From positions 1-35,057 of the IMG/VR virus record IMGVR_UViG_3300046169_000040: a stretch of DNA of 35,057 nt; one strand, given 5' to 3'. This document shows, in pieces, positions 1 through 11,293 of this stretch; within the stretch, counting starts at the first letter, position 1, and every line of letters begins with the position of its first letter. Both the position numbers and the translations under genes were made by a program. The stretch is from a virus. Taxonomy: Duplodnaviria; Caudoviricetes. Below the pieces are notes generated by a model. The model had not been told where the DNA came from. It searched no databases and was given only the letters and a program-made list of their open reading frames with translations.

Positions 1-3000
1 CGAACTACGTGAGTACTTTGAAAGCGACGAAGTAAACAGACTACCTGAAGTATTCGGTACGTTTGACAATTATCTTGCTTACATGACTGAGCGTGAAGAG
101 TTACTTCAGTCTGGTGAGCTGACTGTTGGAGACTGGGCTAACGCAGACACCGGCTTTACCGAAGATCAACAAATGATTCTTGAGGGTGACGCTGACTTAA
201 CTATTGATCCTAGCGACCCTGGTCAAAACTTAGAAAACCTACGTAGACAACAAACTAGTACTCAAGCTGGTGCTTATAACAACTGGCTTAACTCTGAAGC
301 TAACCAAGCGTTACTACGTAAGTACGGTGTTGTTACTGACCTTTATTCTACTTCGGGAGACCGCTTTAGATGGAATGGGTCAGCTTACGTTAAGGTAGAA
401 GACCAAAGTTCCGGTGCCGGAGACATCTTTAAAGCAGGTTTCCAAATTGCTGTAGGCTTAGCTTTAGGCGGTGCTGGAGTTGGCTCTGCTCTTTCTTCTA
501 CAGTAGGTTTAAGTGGTGCTTCTGCTGCGGCTTTTTCTGCTGCTGTTAACTCAGTAATCTCACAGGTAGCTACCGGCGTCTTAACAGGTGGTGACTTAGA
601 CATAAGCCTTGAAAGTGTTATACAAGCTGCTGTTACTGGTGGTTTGTTAGACACCGACATTGCACAGGAAGCACTCCAAGCATTAGAAACAGGTAACGAG
701 TTTGTTGACGCTGTTGTTCAAGCAGGTGTTATTAACTCAGCTACTCAGTTAGCTACAAGCGGTGAATTAGACCCACAACAGCTTATTGAAGCTATGGTTC
801 GCGCAGGTTTTACGGACCAGTTTGGTGAGTACTTAGAAAACCTAGAAGACTTAGCACAAACTGAGTTAGACCAGCTTGAGGAATTCTTTAGAGGCTACGT
901 ACCAGACATTAGTGCTATTGAAGACTTCTTGTCACAAGCAGAAGGTTTATTTGACACTGACATCTCTGAGTACACAGAACAGTTTGAAGAAATTGTAAGT
1001 CAAATTGGTGATGCTGTAGAAGGTGCTATAGAGGAAGTAGACGAAGAAGAACTAGAGTACAGAGCAGGTGAAGGCTACATAGACCCTGGTTCATACTACT
1101 ACTATACCGACGAAAACGGTAATAGAATTCTAGGTCAAGACATAGAAGGACTTCGGTATACTTCTGACGGAACTTATGTTGACGCTGACGGTAATGTCTA
1201 TGACTTAGGAGGCACCGCTGCAGTAAACGAAGACGGCACTGTTGATTACTACGACGGCTTTGCTGAAGACGGCGCGTCTATTATTGCTACAGGAGAAATC
1301 CAGTTAGGTCAGGACGGTCTTTATGACTCTGAAGGCAACCTTGCTTACTACCAAGACGAAGGTCAATGGTTTGACGCCGACGGTAACATAGTAAGTGACC
1401 CTACTGTTGTAGACCAACTAACAGGTTTAACTGAAGGTCAGGTTCCTTATGATCCTAGACAGTTTTCAGACACTGCTTTTCAATCTGCTATTGATAGTGC
1501 AGTAGATCAACAAGACATCGGTGCTATTGTCGATCATATGACAAGCATTGGAACAGGTGTAGACGCTAACGGTTTCTTTGGTCTCTCCGATTCAGACCAG
1601 GAAGTTTTAATGGGTTTGTTTGGTGTCTCAACTCAAGAAGAATTAGTTGAAGCACTGGCTCAGTCAGGATACACAGTTAATACTAACGGTTCTCAAGTAG
1701 TAATAGACTTTAACTACGATAGAAGCGAAGAGTACGGTCAGATTAATGACGTAGATCAATCTGGCAACATTATTCGTGTACGAGACCCTAACGAACCAAC
1801 AGAAATTTTTATAGACCCTGAGTACGACCCTACTGAAGAAACACCTGAGCCTGAACCTGAGCCAGAAATAGGTGGCGGTGGAGGTGGCGGAGGTGACTCT
1901 TCTACTACTCCTACTGATGAAGACGACCCATTAGCTAGTACTGTTCCTTCTGCTGAAGACACGGCTGAACAAATACGAAGGGATCAGGCTGAAGCCGCTG
2001 CGGAAAGACAGCAGAAAGAACAAGATGCTGCTGCGGAAAGACAGAAGGACGCTGCTGCAGCTGAGAGACAAAAGGATGCAGATGCTGCAGCCGAACGTGC
2101 ATCTAAGGACGCTGCTGCAGAAGCTTCTAAAGATGCTGCTGAGCGAGCTGACAAAGAGACTGCTGAAAAAGCAGAAAAAGAATCTGCTGCAGAAACACAA
2201 CAGAAAGAACAAGCAGCTGCAGAAGAAGCACAGAAGGAAGCCACTGCTGAAACTGAGCAAAAGGAAGCTGAAGCAGCTGAGGCAGCTGATAAGGAAGCTC
2301 AAGCAGAGACTGAACAAAAGGAAGCTGACGCTGCTGAAAAGGCAGAGAAGGATGCTGCTGCAGAGACTCAGGAAAAAGAGCAGGCCGCTGCAGAACAACT
2401 TAAGAAGGACACTAAAGCAGAGACTCAGGAAAAAGAACAGGCTGCTGCTGAAAAAGCTGAGAAGGACCGTCAGGCTGAAGAAGATAAAAAAGAGTTAGCA
2501 GAAGCTGAAGGTAAGGACGCTGAGGAAACTCAAAAGGAACAGCAAGCAGAAACAGAAGAGAAAGAGGCTGCTGCTGAACAAGCAGAGAAGGACGCCGAAG
2601 CTGAAACTCAAGAAAAAGAAGAAGTAGCTGCAGAACAAACTAAGAAAGAAGCCGATGCTGAAACTCAGGAGAAAGAGCAACAAGCAGCAGAAGAAGCTAA
2701 GAAAGAAGCCGATGCTGAAACCCAAGTAAAAGAAGAAAGAGCAGCAGAAGTAGCTGAGAAGGACGCTCAGGCTGAAACTGAGGAAAAGGAAGCTCAGGCT
2801 GCAGAGCAAGCTCAAAAGGATGCTGAGGCTGAAACTCAGGAAAAGGACGTAGCTGAACAACAAGAAAAAGACGCGGAAAAAGAAACAAAAGAAACGCAAG
2901 CTGAGCAACAAGATAAGGATGCTGAGAATAAAGCAAAGGAAGATGCTGCTGCGGAACAAGCTGACAAAGAAGCTGAAAACAAAACTAAGGAAGAGCAAGC

Positions 3001-4607
3001 GGCAGAGCAGGCTGACAAAGATGCTGAGACTAAGGAAAAAGAAGAGATAGCTGCAGAACAATCAGATAAAGACGCTGAGCAAACCCAAAAGGACGCTCAG
3101 GCTGAGACTCAGGAAAAGGAAGAAGTAGCAGCTGAGGAAGCTAAGAAGGAAGCCGATGCTGAAACTGAATCTAAGGACGCAGAGACTGCTGAGAAGGACG
3201 CTCAGGCTGAAACCGAAGAGAAAGAAGAGGTAGCTGCTGAGACTGCAGAAAAAGATGCTCAAGCTGAAACAGAGCAGAAGGAAGAAGCAGAACAGGGTAG
3301 AAAAGAAGAAGCTGAAGAAATAGCTAAAGAAGCTGCTGAAGAAGTTCAAAAGGAAGAAGCCGAAAAGGAACAAAAAGACGCTGCTGCAGAGCAAGCTGAT
3401 AAGGACGCAGAAAAAGAAAATAAAGACGCTATTGCAGAACAAGAAGAAAAAGATGCAGAACAGGAAGATAAAGAAGTAGCTGCAGAACAGTCTGATAAAG
3501 ATGCTGAGAAAGAAGCCAAGGATACTGCTGCAGAACAACAAGACAAAGATGCTGAAAAAGAAGAGAAAGACGTTGCTGCAGAACAGGAAGATAAAGATGT
3601 TGCTGCAGAACAAGAAACTAAAGAGGCTGCTGCAGAAGAGCAACGTAAAGAAGAGGCTGCTGCTGAGACTGCAGACAAGGATGCTGAAAACAAAACTAAG
3701 GAAGAAACAGCTGCAGAACAAGAAGATAAAGACGCCGAAGAAACAGCTAAGGACGCTGCTGCAGAAACTAAAGAGAAAGAAGAAATAGCTGCCGAAGAAG
3801 CTCAGAAGGACGCTGAGGCTGAAACAGCAGAGAAAGAAGCTGAAGATCAAGCCAAGGACGCTGAAGAGGCTAAAAAGGAAGCTGACGCCGAAACTCAAGA
3901 AAAGGAAGAGGCTGCTGCAGAAAGATCAGAAAAGGAAGCTGCTGCAGAGACTCAAGAAAAAGAAGAAGCGGAGCAGGCACGTAAGGAAGAAGCTGAGCAG
4001 ACTCGTAAAGAAGAAGTAGCTGCTGAAGAAGCTGTTAAGGAACAAGCTGCCGAAGAGCAAGGCTAAAGAGCAGCAGGCAGCAGAGGAAGCCGCCAAGGAG
4101 CAACAAGCGGCTGAGGAAGCTACCAAAGACGAAAACGCCCAGAAGGACACCAGTGCTGAAACCGAAGCTAAGGATGCTGAACAAGCCAACAAGGATGCTG
4201 CTGACGAACAGTTAGAAAAGGATCTACAGTCTTCTGAAGAAGTACGGAAGGACGCTGAAGAGCAGGCCAAAGACACTACTGGAACTGGAGATGGTGACGG
4301 TGACGGAACTGGTGAAGGAACTGGTGTAGGAGACGGTACTGGAACTGGAGGTGGTTCAGGTGCTGGAACAGGGACTGGTACTGGTGATGGTTCAGGACCT
4401 GGTGTTGGTGGTGGTACAGGCATGATGGCAGCTGCGGCAGCACCTAAGAAGACTGACTTTACTCCTTTCATGTCAGGCATTAATTACGAGTTGCCTACGT
4501 TGGAAGAAATAGGTCAAGCACCTCAAGTTGACTACGTAGCGTCTTTACAGGACACATTAGGACCAACCGGAATAACAAGCAGTTTGTTTAAGGAATATAT
4601 CGGATGA
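1..4607 (+). CDS. Giant acidic low-complexity repeat protein, probably virion-associated (continues from 34768; frameshift at ~4061; ~1630 aa in total)
   Basis: Frame is open from position 2 through ORF 83..4066. After CAA GGC TAA, skipping one base continues the same E/A/K/Q/D repeat into a Gly/Thr tract and ORF 4422..4607, whose TGA overlaps the next ATG. Confidence 0.8.
1965..4275 (+). repeat. Degenerate coding tandem repeat of ~7-10-aa units (AAEQxxKD / AETQEKEE)
   Basis: About 2.3 kb of gctgctgcagaa / gctgaaactcaagaaaaagaa-type units; protein almost only A, E, K, Q, D, T. Confidence 0.9.
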
Positions 4608-5251
4608 CATACTTGAACCTTATGAATAACGTGCTACGTAGGCTGCGTGAAGAAGAAACCACGTCGGTTACTAGCACTACTTACAACAAGATGGTTGGTG
4701 ACTTTATTAACGACGCTAAGAAGTTAGTAGAGGAGTCTAACGACTGGTCTGCCTTGAGAAGCACTATTACTGTTTCTACTACAGCCGACGACAATACTTA
4801 TTCCTTGACGGACTGTGGCGACAACGTAAAGGTTATGTGTGTTCTTAACGACACTAGTAATGTCTTTATGGAGTACCAAAGTAAGGACTGGTTTAACGAG
4901 CAACTGTACATTAATAATGCTGCTACAGGCGCACCTATGTACTACACGTACAACGGCCTTGACGCTAGTGGTGACACGCAAGTACTCGTAGGTCCAACTC
5001 CTGACGGCGTGTACAGCTTGCGGTTTGACGTGATTAAACGACAAGGTGACTTGAGTGCTAATACTGACACGTTGCTGATACCTTCGCAACCTGTAGTACA
5101 CCTAGCTGTTGCTTTGTTGGCTCGTGAACGTGGAGAAACAGGAGGAACTTCTACTGCTGAGTACTTTGGTATTGCTGATAGATATTTGTCTGACGCTATC
5201 GCAATAGACGCAGCTAAGCATCCAGAAGAGATGTACTTTAGGACTATCTGA
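4604..5251 (+). CDS. Putative head-tail adaptor / tail tubular protein A
   Basis: 215 aa. N-terminus MTYLNLMNNVLRRLRE is typical of podovirus adaptor proteins; lies before the nozzle-like gene. Confidence 0.6.
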   Translation: MTYLNLMNNVLRRLREEETTSVTSTTYNKMVGDFINDAKKLVEESNDWSALRSTITVSTTADDNTYSLTDCGDNVKVMCVLNDTSNVFMEYQSKDWFNEQLYINNAATGAPMYYTYNGLDASGDTQVLVGPTPDGVYSLRFDVIKRQGDLSANTDTLLIPSQPVVHLAVALLARERGETGGTSTAEYFGIADRYLSDAIAIDAAKHPEEMYFRTI

Positions 5252-5252
5252 T

Positions 5253-6761
5253 ATGGCTCAAGAACTAAAGAGTATTAATCTTGTAGCGCCAGCGTTCAAA
5301 GGTATTAACACCGAAGATTCACCGTTGGCGCAGGACCCGTCGTTTGCTGAAATAGCAGACAACGCTGTGATTGACAAACGTGGTCGTATTGCGGCACGTA
5401 AGGGTCATAGTGTCATTACAACTAATAAAACAGCACTAGGCTCTGGTACGATCAGGGCTGTAAAAGAGTTCGACAGAAGTACCGGTAGCAACGTAGTGTT
5501 GTCTGTAGGCAATAACAAGATATTCACAGGTACTACTACGCTTACTGACGCTACGCCTGGAAGTTACACGGTAACAGCAGACAACTGGAAGATTGTTAAC
5601 TTTAACGACAAAGCGTACTTGTTTCAAGCTTCTCATGAACCTTTAGTGTACGACGGTTCGTCAGTGGTACGTCTAGACTCAGTAGCTGGTGCTGCCGGTG
5701 TTGTGCTAGGTAACGAAGTACTGTCAGCTTACGGTCGTCTCTGGGTAACAGGAGTTGGTGGTAGTCCTTCTATTGTTTACTGGTCTGACCTTTTGATAGG
5801 CCATGACTTCTCAGGCGGCACTAGTGGCTCTATTGACGTGTCTAAAGTCTGGCCTGACGGGTACGACGAGATTGTAGCACTAGCTGCACACAACGGCTTC
5901 CTAATTATCTTTGGTAAGCACAGCATCATTGTGTACCAAGGAGCAGAAGCACCAGCAACTATGGTTCTTCAGGACACTGTAGCTGGTATCGGTTGCGTAG
6001 ACAGAGACACTGTTCAGTACACTGGTACGGACGTACTATTCCTGTCACACACTGGTTTAAAGAGCTTTGGACGTACAATACAACAAAAGTCCATGCCTGT
6101 TAGTAGTTTGTCAGCAAACATTAGTAAGGACATTATTAACGCCTTGCAGACAGAAAACACATTCTTTAGGTCTGCTTATAGTCCTGAAGAAGGTTTTTAC
6201 TTACTAACTTTTGTAGGTCAGGACAACACTTACTGCTTTGACGTTAGAGGAACAACAGAGAATGGTTCCTACCGTGTTACTCGTTGGCCTTCTACTGGCT
6301 TTAGTTGTTACACACGTTTAGACAACGGTGACTTTTACATAGGCACGTCTGAAGGCATTAGTGAGTACACTGGTTATCAAGACAACGGTTTAGGCTACCG
6401 CTTTAAGTACTACAGCCCAAGCCTAACATTTGGCGACAGTTCTAGAGTTAAGATTCTTAAGAAGCTGAAGCCTACGTTAGTTGGTGCGAACAACGCAACA
6501 GTATTTATGAAGTGGGCGTATGACTTCAAAGGTACGTACGCAACAGCAGAGTTTACGGTAGGGGACCAGGTCACTGGTTTCTTCGGTGAGAGTGAGTACA
6601 CAACTGTGGAGTTCACAGGTGGCGCTTTGACCAACCAAAGAAGTTTAAACGCAACAGGCTACGGAACTAGTATTGTTGTAGGTTTAGAAGCAGAGATTGA
6701 CGGTTCACAGCTGTCACTACAGGAGATCAACGTAATGGCTTTAATGGGTAAATTACTATGA
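5253..6761 (+). CDS. Putative tail nozzle / DNA stabilisation protein (tail tubular B / P22 gp10-like)
   Basis: 502 aa, beta-rich propeller-like sequence (GRLWV, IVYWSDL, GIGCVDRDTVQ); synteny with adaptor and ejection genes. Confidence 0.6.
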   Translation: MAQELKSINLVAPAFKGINTEDSPLAQDPSFAEIADNAVIDKRGRIAARKGHSVITTNKTALGSGTIRAVKEFDRSTGSNVVLSVGNNKIFTGTTTLTDATPGSYTVTADNWKIVNFNDKAYLFQASHEPLVYDGSSVVRLDSVAGAAGVVLGNEVLSAYGRLWVTGVGGSPSIVYWSDLLIGHDFSGGTSGSIDVSKVWPDGYDEIVALAAHNGFLIIFGKHSIIVYQGAEAPATMVLQDTVAGIGCVDRDTVQYTGTDVLFLSHTGLKSFGRTIQQKSMPVSSLSANISKDIINALQTENTFFRSAYSPEEGFYLLTFVGQDNTYCFDVRGTTENGSYRVTRWPSTGFSCYTRLDNGDFYIGTSEGISEYTGYQDNGLGYRFKYYSPSLTFGDSSRVKILKKLKPTLVGANNATVFMKWAYDFKGTYATAEFTVGDQVTGFFGESEYTTVEFTGGALTNQRSLNATGYGTSIVVGLEAEIDGSQLSLQEINVMALMGKLL

Positions 6762-7608
6762 ATTTAGAACAAATACTGGGTTTAAGGTGCTCTAGGTGCA
6801 GGTGGCTTACTAACAGGTAAAGCTTACAAGGATCTAGGTGAAATTGGAACAACAGCAAGAAGGGAAGCAGGTGAGATTGCTCAGACTGGTTTAGAGCAGA
6901 CGCGCTTTCATGCCCTTCACAGTAACGACAGGAACAGGAGGAGCATTAACTACTACTCCTCAAGGTGGTCTTACTGTAGGCATGTCTCCAGAAGAACAAG
7001 CGTTCCAACAACAGATGTTCGGAGGTGCAGGTCAGTTTTATCAACAGGCTATGCAACCTACGCAGGCACGTGAACAGGCTGTTTTTGAGCGCATAAGGGA
7101 AGCACAGCGTCCTGAAGAGCAACGTCAGCGTCTTGCTACTGAAGAGCGTCTAGCGGCACAAGGACGCTTAGGTTTGCGCACAGCACAGTTTGGAGGCGCA
7201 CCTGAGCAGTTTGCTTTGGCTAAGGCTCAGGAAGAAGCACGTAACCAAGCGATGCTAAGTGCAATGCAACAGGCGCAAGCTGAGCAGATGCAACAAGCGC
7301 AGCTAGGTGGTCAGTTCATGGGTGCTAGTTACACACCTCAAGCGCAAGCATTGAACGTCCTACAAGCAGGTATGCCAGCTGCACAAATGGCGCAACGTGG
7401 TCAGCTACAAGGCGCTGGTTTGTTTGGTGAAGCACAAATGGGTGGACTTGAGGCACTGCTTGGTTCAGGTCTTGGACAAGCTAACCTCTACGGTCAACTA
7501 GGTACTGGTCTCCTGTCAGGACTGTTGACACCACAACAAGTTGGTATGGGTGATGGTGTCACTAAAATCATCAACCCACTGTTTGATCTACTAGGCATAG
7601 GAGGCTAA
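6758..7608 (+). CDS. Putative internal virion / DNA ejection protein (two +1 indels, at ~6785 and ~6907)
   Basis: ATG at 6758 overlaps the upstream TGA. Corrected frame reads MNLEQILGLGALGAGGLLTGKAYKDLGEIG...LEQTRF and runs into ORF 6910..7608; Gln/Gly/Ala-rich. Confidence 0.6.
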
Positions 7609-7609
7609 G

Positions 7610-8956
7610 ATGGCTAGGTTTTCACAAGGACTACTACAGGGTCTTATGCAGCCTGCATTTGGTCAGAACCTGTATCAAGTAGGTAGAGCAGCAGCAGCTG
7701 GTCCTTCTATGACTAGGGCGTCACAACGGATGCAAGAGGAGCGTGAGCAAACTCAACGTGGCGTTACTGGTGGCTTATTTGGTTTGGAACAGGCAGTAGC
7801 AGAAGGTCGTGACTATCAAGACGCTATTGGTTCTCTTGTTGGCTTAGGTGCTACAACTGAGCAGCTAGAAGCCGCACAAGAGCGTGGCAGAGCTACTAAA
7901 AAGCGAACTGAAGAAGAAACGCTTAAGGGTAAAAGAGATGAAGGTGTCGAAGCACTTACTGCTTTAATTTCAATTCCTGATTTTGACATTGATGAAAACC
8001 CTAAAGACAGAAGGTCATTCTTACGTGAAGCTTCTTTTTACAAAATAAGTCCTAAAGAAGCTAGAGATATTTATGAAGCTATTAGACCTACTGTTAAAAA
8101 AGGAACTCCAGCTAAGCCTACAATTAGATCTATATATGATCCTACTAAAGAAATGAATATAGACTACGCTATTTCTAGAGATGATGAAGGTAGAATTGTT
8201 AAAGAGGTGATAGGCCCAACTAAAGTAGACGATAAAAAAGGCGAAGGCGACGAAGTAGATTTAGGTTTAGATACTAAATGGGGTTCTGAATTACTTAAAG
8301 AGGCTAGAGAAAAGGGAAGAGATGCTGAAGCAAACGCCAGGCTTTATGACGACTTAGCTACGGCAGCAGGAAATAGGGAGTTTTACGAAAGGGGTGTTTT
8401 TGGAAAAACTTTGTCGAGCGTAGAAGAAAGTTTTGGTGTTGCTGGTCAAGCAACGGTACACCGTAGAAGGATTAATGAAATACGCATGTCTGGCGCTTTA
8501 GAACTACTTCCTACTGGACCTGCTTCAGACAGGGACGTTGCACTTGCTTTGGACGCTAGTATTGATCCTAACAATTTAAGTAACGAAGACGCAGAAGCTT
8601 ATATTCGTGGTATGGCTAAGATTTCTAGAGCAGAAGCAGAGTACTACAATAAAAAAAGGGACTTTATTCAAGAAACTAAAGATCCTAACGCAGTTGGCTA
8701 TGATTTCTGGGTTACAAAAGAAGCTTTGAACAGAGACTTGAAGGAAATGCAAGCAACTATTCCTCAAACAATGAAAGACTTTAATCAAAAACTTGCACAA
8801 GCAACTTCTTTACAGGACCCACAACAAAGACAAGCCGCACTGTCAGCACTAGAGCAAACTTTTCCAGAGATTGTTCGTTTACTAACTGATATAGATACTG
8901 CCGAAGGTCAGTGGGAGCGTTTTTCAAAGGGTAAAAACCTTAGAGGGTTTAATTAA
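7610..8956 (+). CDS. Putative internal virion / ejection protein
   Basis: 448 aa, predicted helical, GGAGG RBS; second of three genes after the nozzle gene. Confidence 0.5.
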   Translation: MARFSQGLLQGLMQPAFGQNLYQVGRAAAAGPSMTRASQRMQEEREQTQRGVTGGLFGLEQAVAEGRDYQDAIGSLVGLGATTEQLEAAQERGRATKKRTEEETLKGKRDEGVEALTALISIPDFDIDENPKDRRSFLREASFYKISPKEARDIYEAIRPTVKKGTPAKPTIRSIYDPTKEMNIDYAISRDDEGRIVKEVIGPTKVDDKKGEGDEVDLGLDTKWGSELLKEAREKGRDAEANARLYDDLATAAGNREFYERGVFGKTLSSVEESFGVAGQATVHRRRINEIRMSGALELLPTGPASDRDVALALDASIDPNNLSNEDAEAYIRGMAKISRAEAEYYNKKRDFIQETKDPNAVGYDFWVTKEALNRDLKEMQATIPQTMKDFNQKLAQATSLQDPQQRQAALSALEQTFPEIVRLLTDIDTAEGQWERFSKGKNLRGFN

Positions 8957-11268
8957 TGCAAAATGACGAACTTCAAAAATTAGCAGGAACGGCTGCGCGT
9001 ACGGTTTCTCCTACAACAACAACTGCTACTTCTGCTCTTACTGGTTTTAGTCCTCAAGATTTAGCAGCTCTACGTCAACAAATGGATGACGAAATTAAAG
9101 ACTCTTCAAAATCAAGAGAGGATCTTGAGATAGAAGAAACTGCCTGGAGTTCTGAAGATTCCTTAGCAGCTTCACAGCGTTTTTTCTCAAGTGCTGCTTT
9201 AGGTTGGGGTGACGAATTAGGTTTATGGGTTTCTGCTGCGATAAACGCAAACATTACCTATCCTTATTATGACATAGAGACAACCACTAGAGAACAGTAC
9301 TTACAGCTTAAGGAAGAGTATGACACTAAGCAACGAGAGTTTGCAGAAAGACAACAAGGTGCTGCACTAGCTGCTGATATTGCAGGCGGTGTTGTTTCTC
9401 CTGCTATGGCTTTGAAAGCAGGAACTACTTTAGGCAGGCTTGGATTAGCCACTGGAGAAGGTGCTGTGTACGGAGCAGGAGCTGCTGAAGAAGGTCAGAG
9501 ACTTGAAGGAGCAACTACAGGTGCTGCTGGAGGTGCTTTAGGTTTTGGTGCTGTTAAAGCCGTCACTAAAGGTGCTGGTATGGCAACTAACTTCGTTAGT
9601 CGGCGTAGAGTTGAGGGTGATCTTGTAGACGCTGATGGTGACTTTGTCCCTATTACTTTAGCTTCCAGTAATCCTAAAGGTTCTGAAGGTCTTATTCACA
9701 CTTTTTATAGAGATATTGTAGCTCCTTCTTTTGGCGCAAAAGGTATTATTAAAGAACAGGAAGAAGTTATTGTTAAAAAAGCAGAAGATTATTTAGAGTC
9801 TCAACAGGCATTCTCTAGAAAGCTTGATGAAGGAATAAAAGTAAAACAAAAGCAAAGTGAAGCATCTATGAAGAGTGCTGTAAAAGCTTTACAAGAAGAA
9901 AGCAATAACTTAGCAGTAATAAAAAAGCAAGAAACTTCTGAGAAAATTATACCTCTTCAAGAAAAGTTTAAAGCCCTACAGTCAGGTAAAGCCGAAGAAA
10001 TAGTAAACAGAGCAACTACTGAGACTAGAAAACTACTAGACGCTCGTCGGTTTGATTTTAGAAATGAAGTTTTTCTTCGTTCTTTTCCAGAAGGATCTAC
10101 AGGCAGAGACATTCAAAGAGTAATGGAAAAACCTGAAATAGGCCAAAGAGCTAAAGCATTAGATGATCTTTGGAAAGTCAAAGGTTACTCTATGATTAAC
10201 AACAAAAAGTTTAGGTTTAAGTCAGGAGAACTGCAAAAAAATTTAGAGCAGGCTTTAGTAAAAGACCCTTACTTTGTTGTAAACACGGTAGATGTCCCTT
10301 CGGTGATGAAAGTTTTTGAAAACGCAATAGAAACGACTAACTTTTTTAGGGACAAGAGTGGTCGTGTTGACGGTTCTCTGGTTTCGTCTTTACGGTCTAA
10401 AGTCGGTACTTTGGCAAATAACGCTGTTGATCCTCAAAATAAGAGAGCTTTGTATACGCTTCAGGACGAAATTGACAAAATCATGAAGACACAGCTAACA
10501 GGCGCTGACAAAATAAAATTAGAGAAAGAATCTGGTAAGTGGAAAACAACTGTTGTTCTACGTGAATCTATTGAAGGTACTCAAGTAGATCCTAAGAAAC
10601 GAGGCGTCTTTAATGAATCTGACTGGATTAAAGAGGTAAGTAAAAACAATCGTTGGGATTCTAGGTACGGAACTGGTCCGCTTAATAAAACAGCAAGAGT
10701 TTTAGAAGCTAACTTAGGTCAAGCAGAAAAAAGCATTGCTAAACGTGCTGCTAATTTAGGCAAAGCAAAAGCTCGTTTGATTGAAAAAGAAATGAAGTCA
10801 CACAAAGACAAGCTTACTTCTAGTTTAGCTAAAATAGATGGTAACTTAGTCGCTAAGAAAAAAGCAGTCTCAAGAAAACCTGAATTAGCTACGGAAATTA
10901 GCAATGATATTAACAGAAAAGGTCAAATAGAGGCTGAGTTAAAAACTTTAACTAGTGAGTTAGATCAACTTAAGCAACTTAGGTCTCCTAAAAACCCTTC
11001 ATGGTTTCATACATTAGCTGCTACTGGTATTTTAGCAGGGGGTATTTCTGGAGGAGTTTCAGGAGCAGCTTTAACTGCTGCAGGGGCTTACGGCTTAGGT
11101 AAAACTTTGGCAACTCCAGCAGCACAACGAACCATCGCTGGTCAAACGCCTACACAACAAAGTATACAAAGTATGCTTCAGTCTGACAGAACAGGTAGAA
11201 CTGCTGAATTACTACAAAAAGCAGGCGGTGTTACTGGCGCTAGAACAGGGATGTTAACAGAGCAATAA
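8956..11268 (+). CDS. Putative large internal virion / ejection protein
   Basis: 770 aa with Gly/Ala hydrophobic segments and the motif ALGWGDEL; last gene of the structural arm. Confidence 0.55.
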   Translation: MQNDELQKLAGTAARTVSPTTTTATSALTGFSPQDLAALRQQMDDEIKDSSKSREDLEIEETAWSSEDSLAASQRFFSSAALGWGDELGLWVSAAINANITYPYYDIETTTREQYLQLKEEYDTKQREFAERQQGAALAADIAGGVVSPAMALKAGTTLGRLGLATGEGAVYGAGAAEEGQRLEGATTGAAGGALGFGAVKAVTKGAGMATNFVSRRRVEGDLVDADGDFVPITLASSNPKGSEGLIHTFYRDIVAPSFGAKGIIKEQEEVIVKKAEDYLESQQAFSRKLDEGIKVKQKQSEASMKSAVKALQEESNNLAVIKKQETSEKIIPLQEKFKALQSGKAEEIVNRATTETRKLLDARRFDFRNEVFLRSFPEGSTGRDIQRVMEKPEIGQRAKALDDLWKVKGYSMINNKKFRFKSGELQKNLEQALVKDPYFVVNTVDVPSVMKVFENAIETTNFFRDKSGRVDGSLVSSLRSKVGTLANNAVDPQNKRALYTLQDEIDKIMKTQLTGADKIKLEKESGKWKTTVVLRESIEGTQVDPKKRGVFNESDWIKEVSKNNRWDSRYGTGPLNKTARVLEANLGQAEKSIAKRAANLGKAKARLIEKEMKSHKDKLTSSLAKIDGNLVAKKKAVSRKPELATEISNDINRKGQIEAELKTLTSELDQLKQLRSPKNPSWFHTLAATGILAGGISGGVSGAALTAAGAYGLGKTLATPAAQRTIAGQTPTQQSIQSMLQSDRTGRTAELLQKAGGVTGARTGMLTEQ

Positions 11269-11288
11269 AAAAGGGGGCCTAAGCCCCC
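11267..11288 (-). terminator. Rho-independent terminator between the convergent arms (possibly bidirectional)
   Basis: AAAAAA-GGGGGC-CTAA-GCCCCC. A U6 tract follows the stem on the minus strand; the plus-strand tail is not U-rich. Confidence 0.8.
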
Positions 11289-11293
11289 ATAAG

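Noticed and set aside
1756-4480. Long antisense and alternate-frame ORFs (F/L/S/C-rich or K/L-rich) over the repeat region
   Set aside because: Shadows of the low-complexity GCT/GAA/AAG repeat, which lacks stops in other frames; no RBS or protein-like features.
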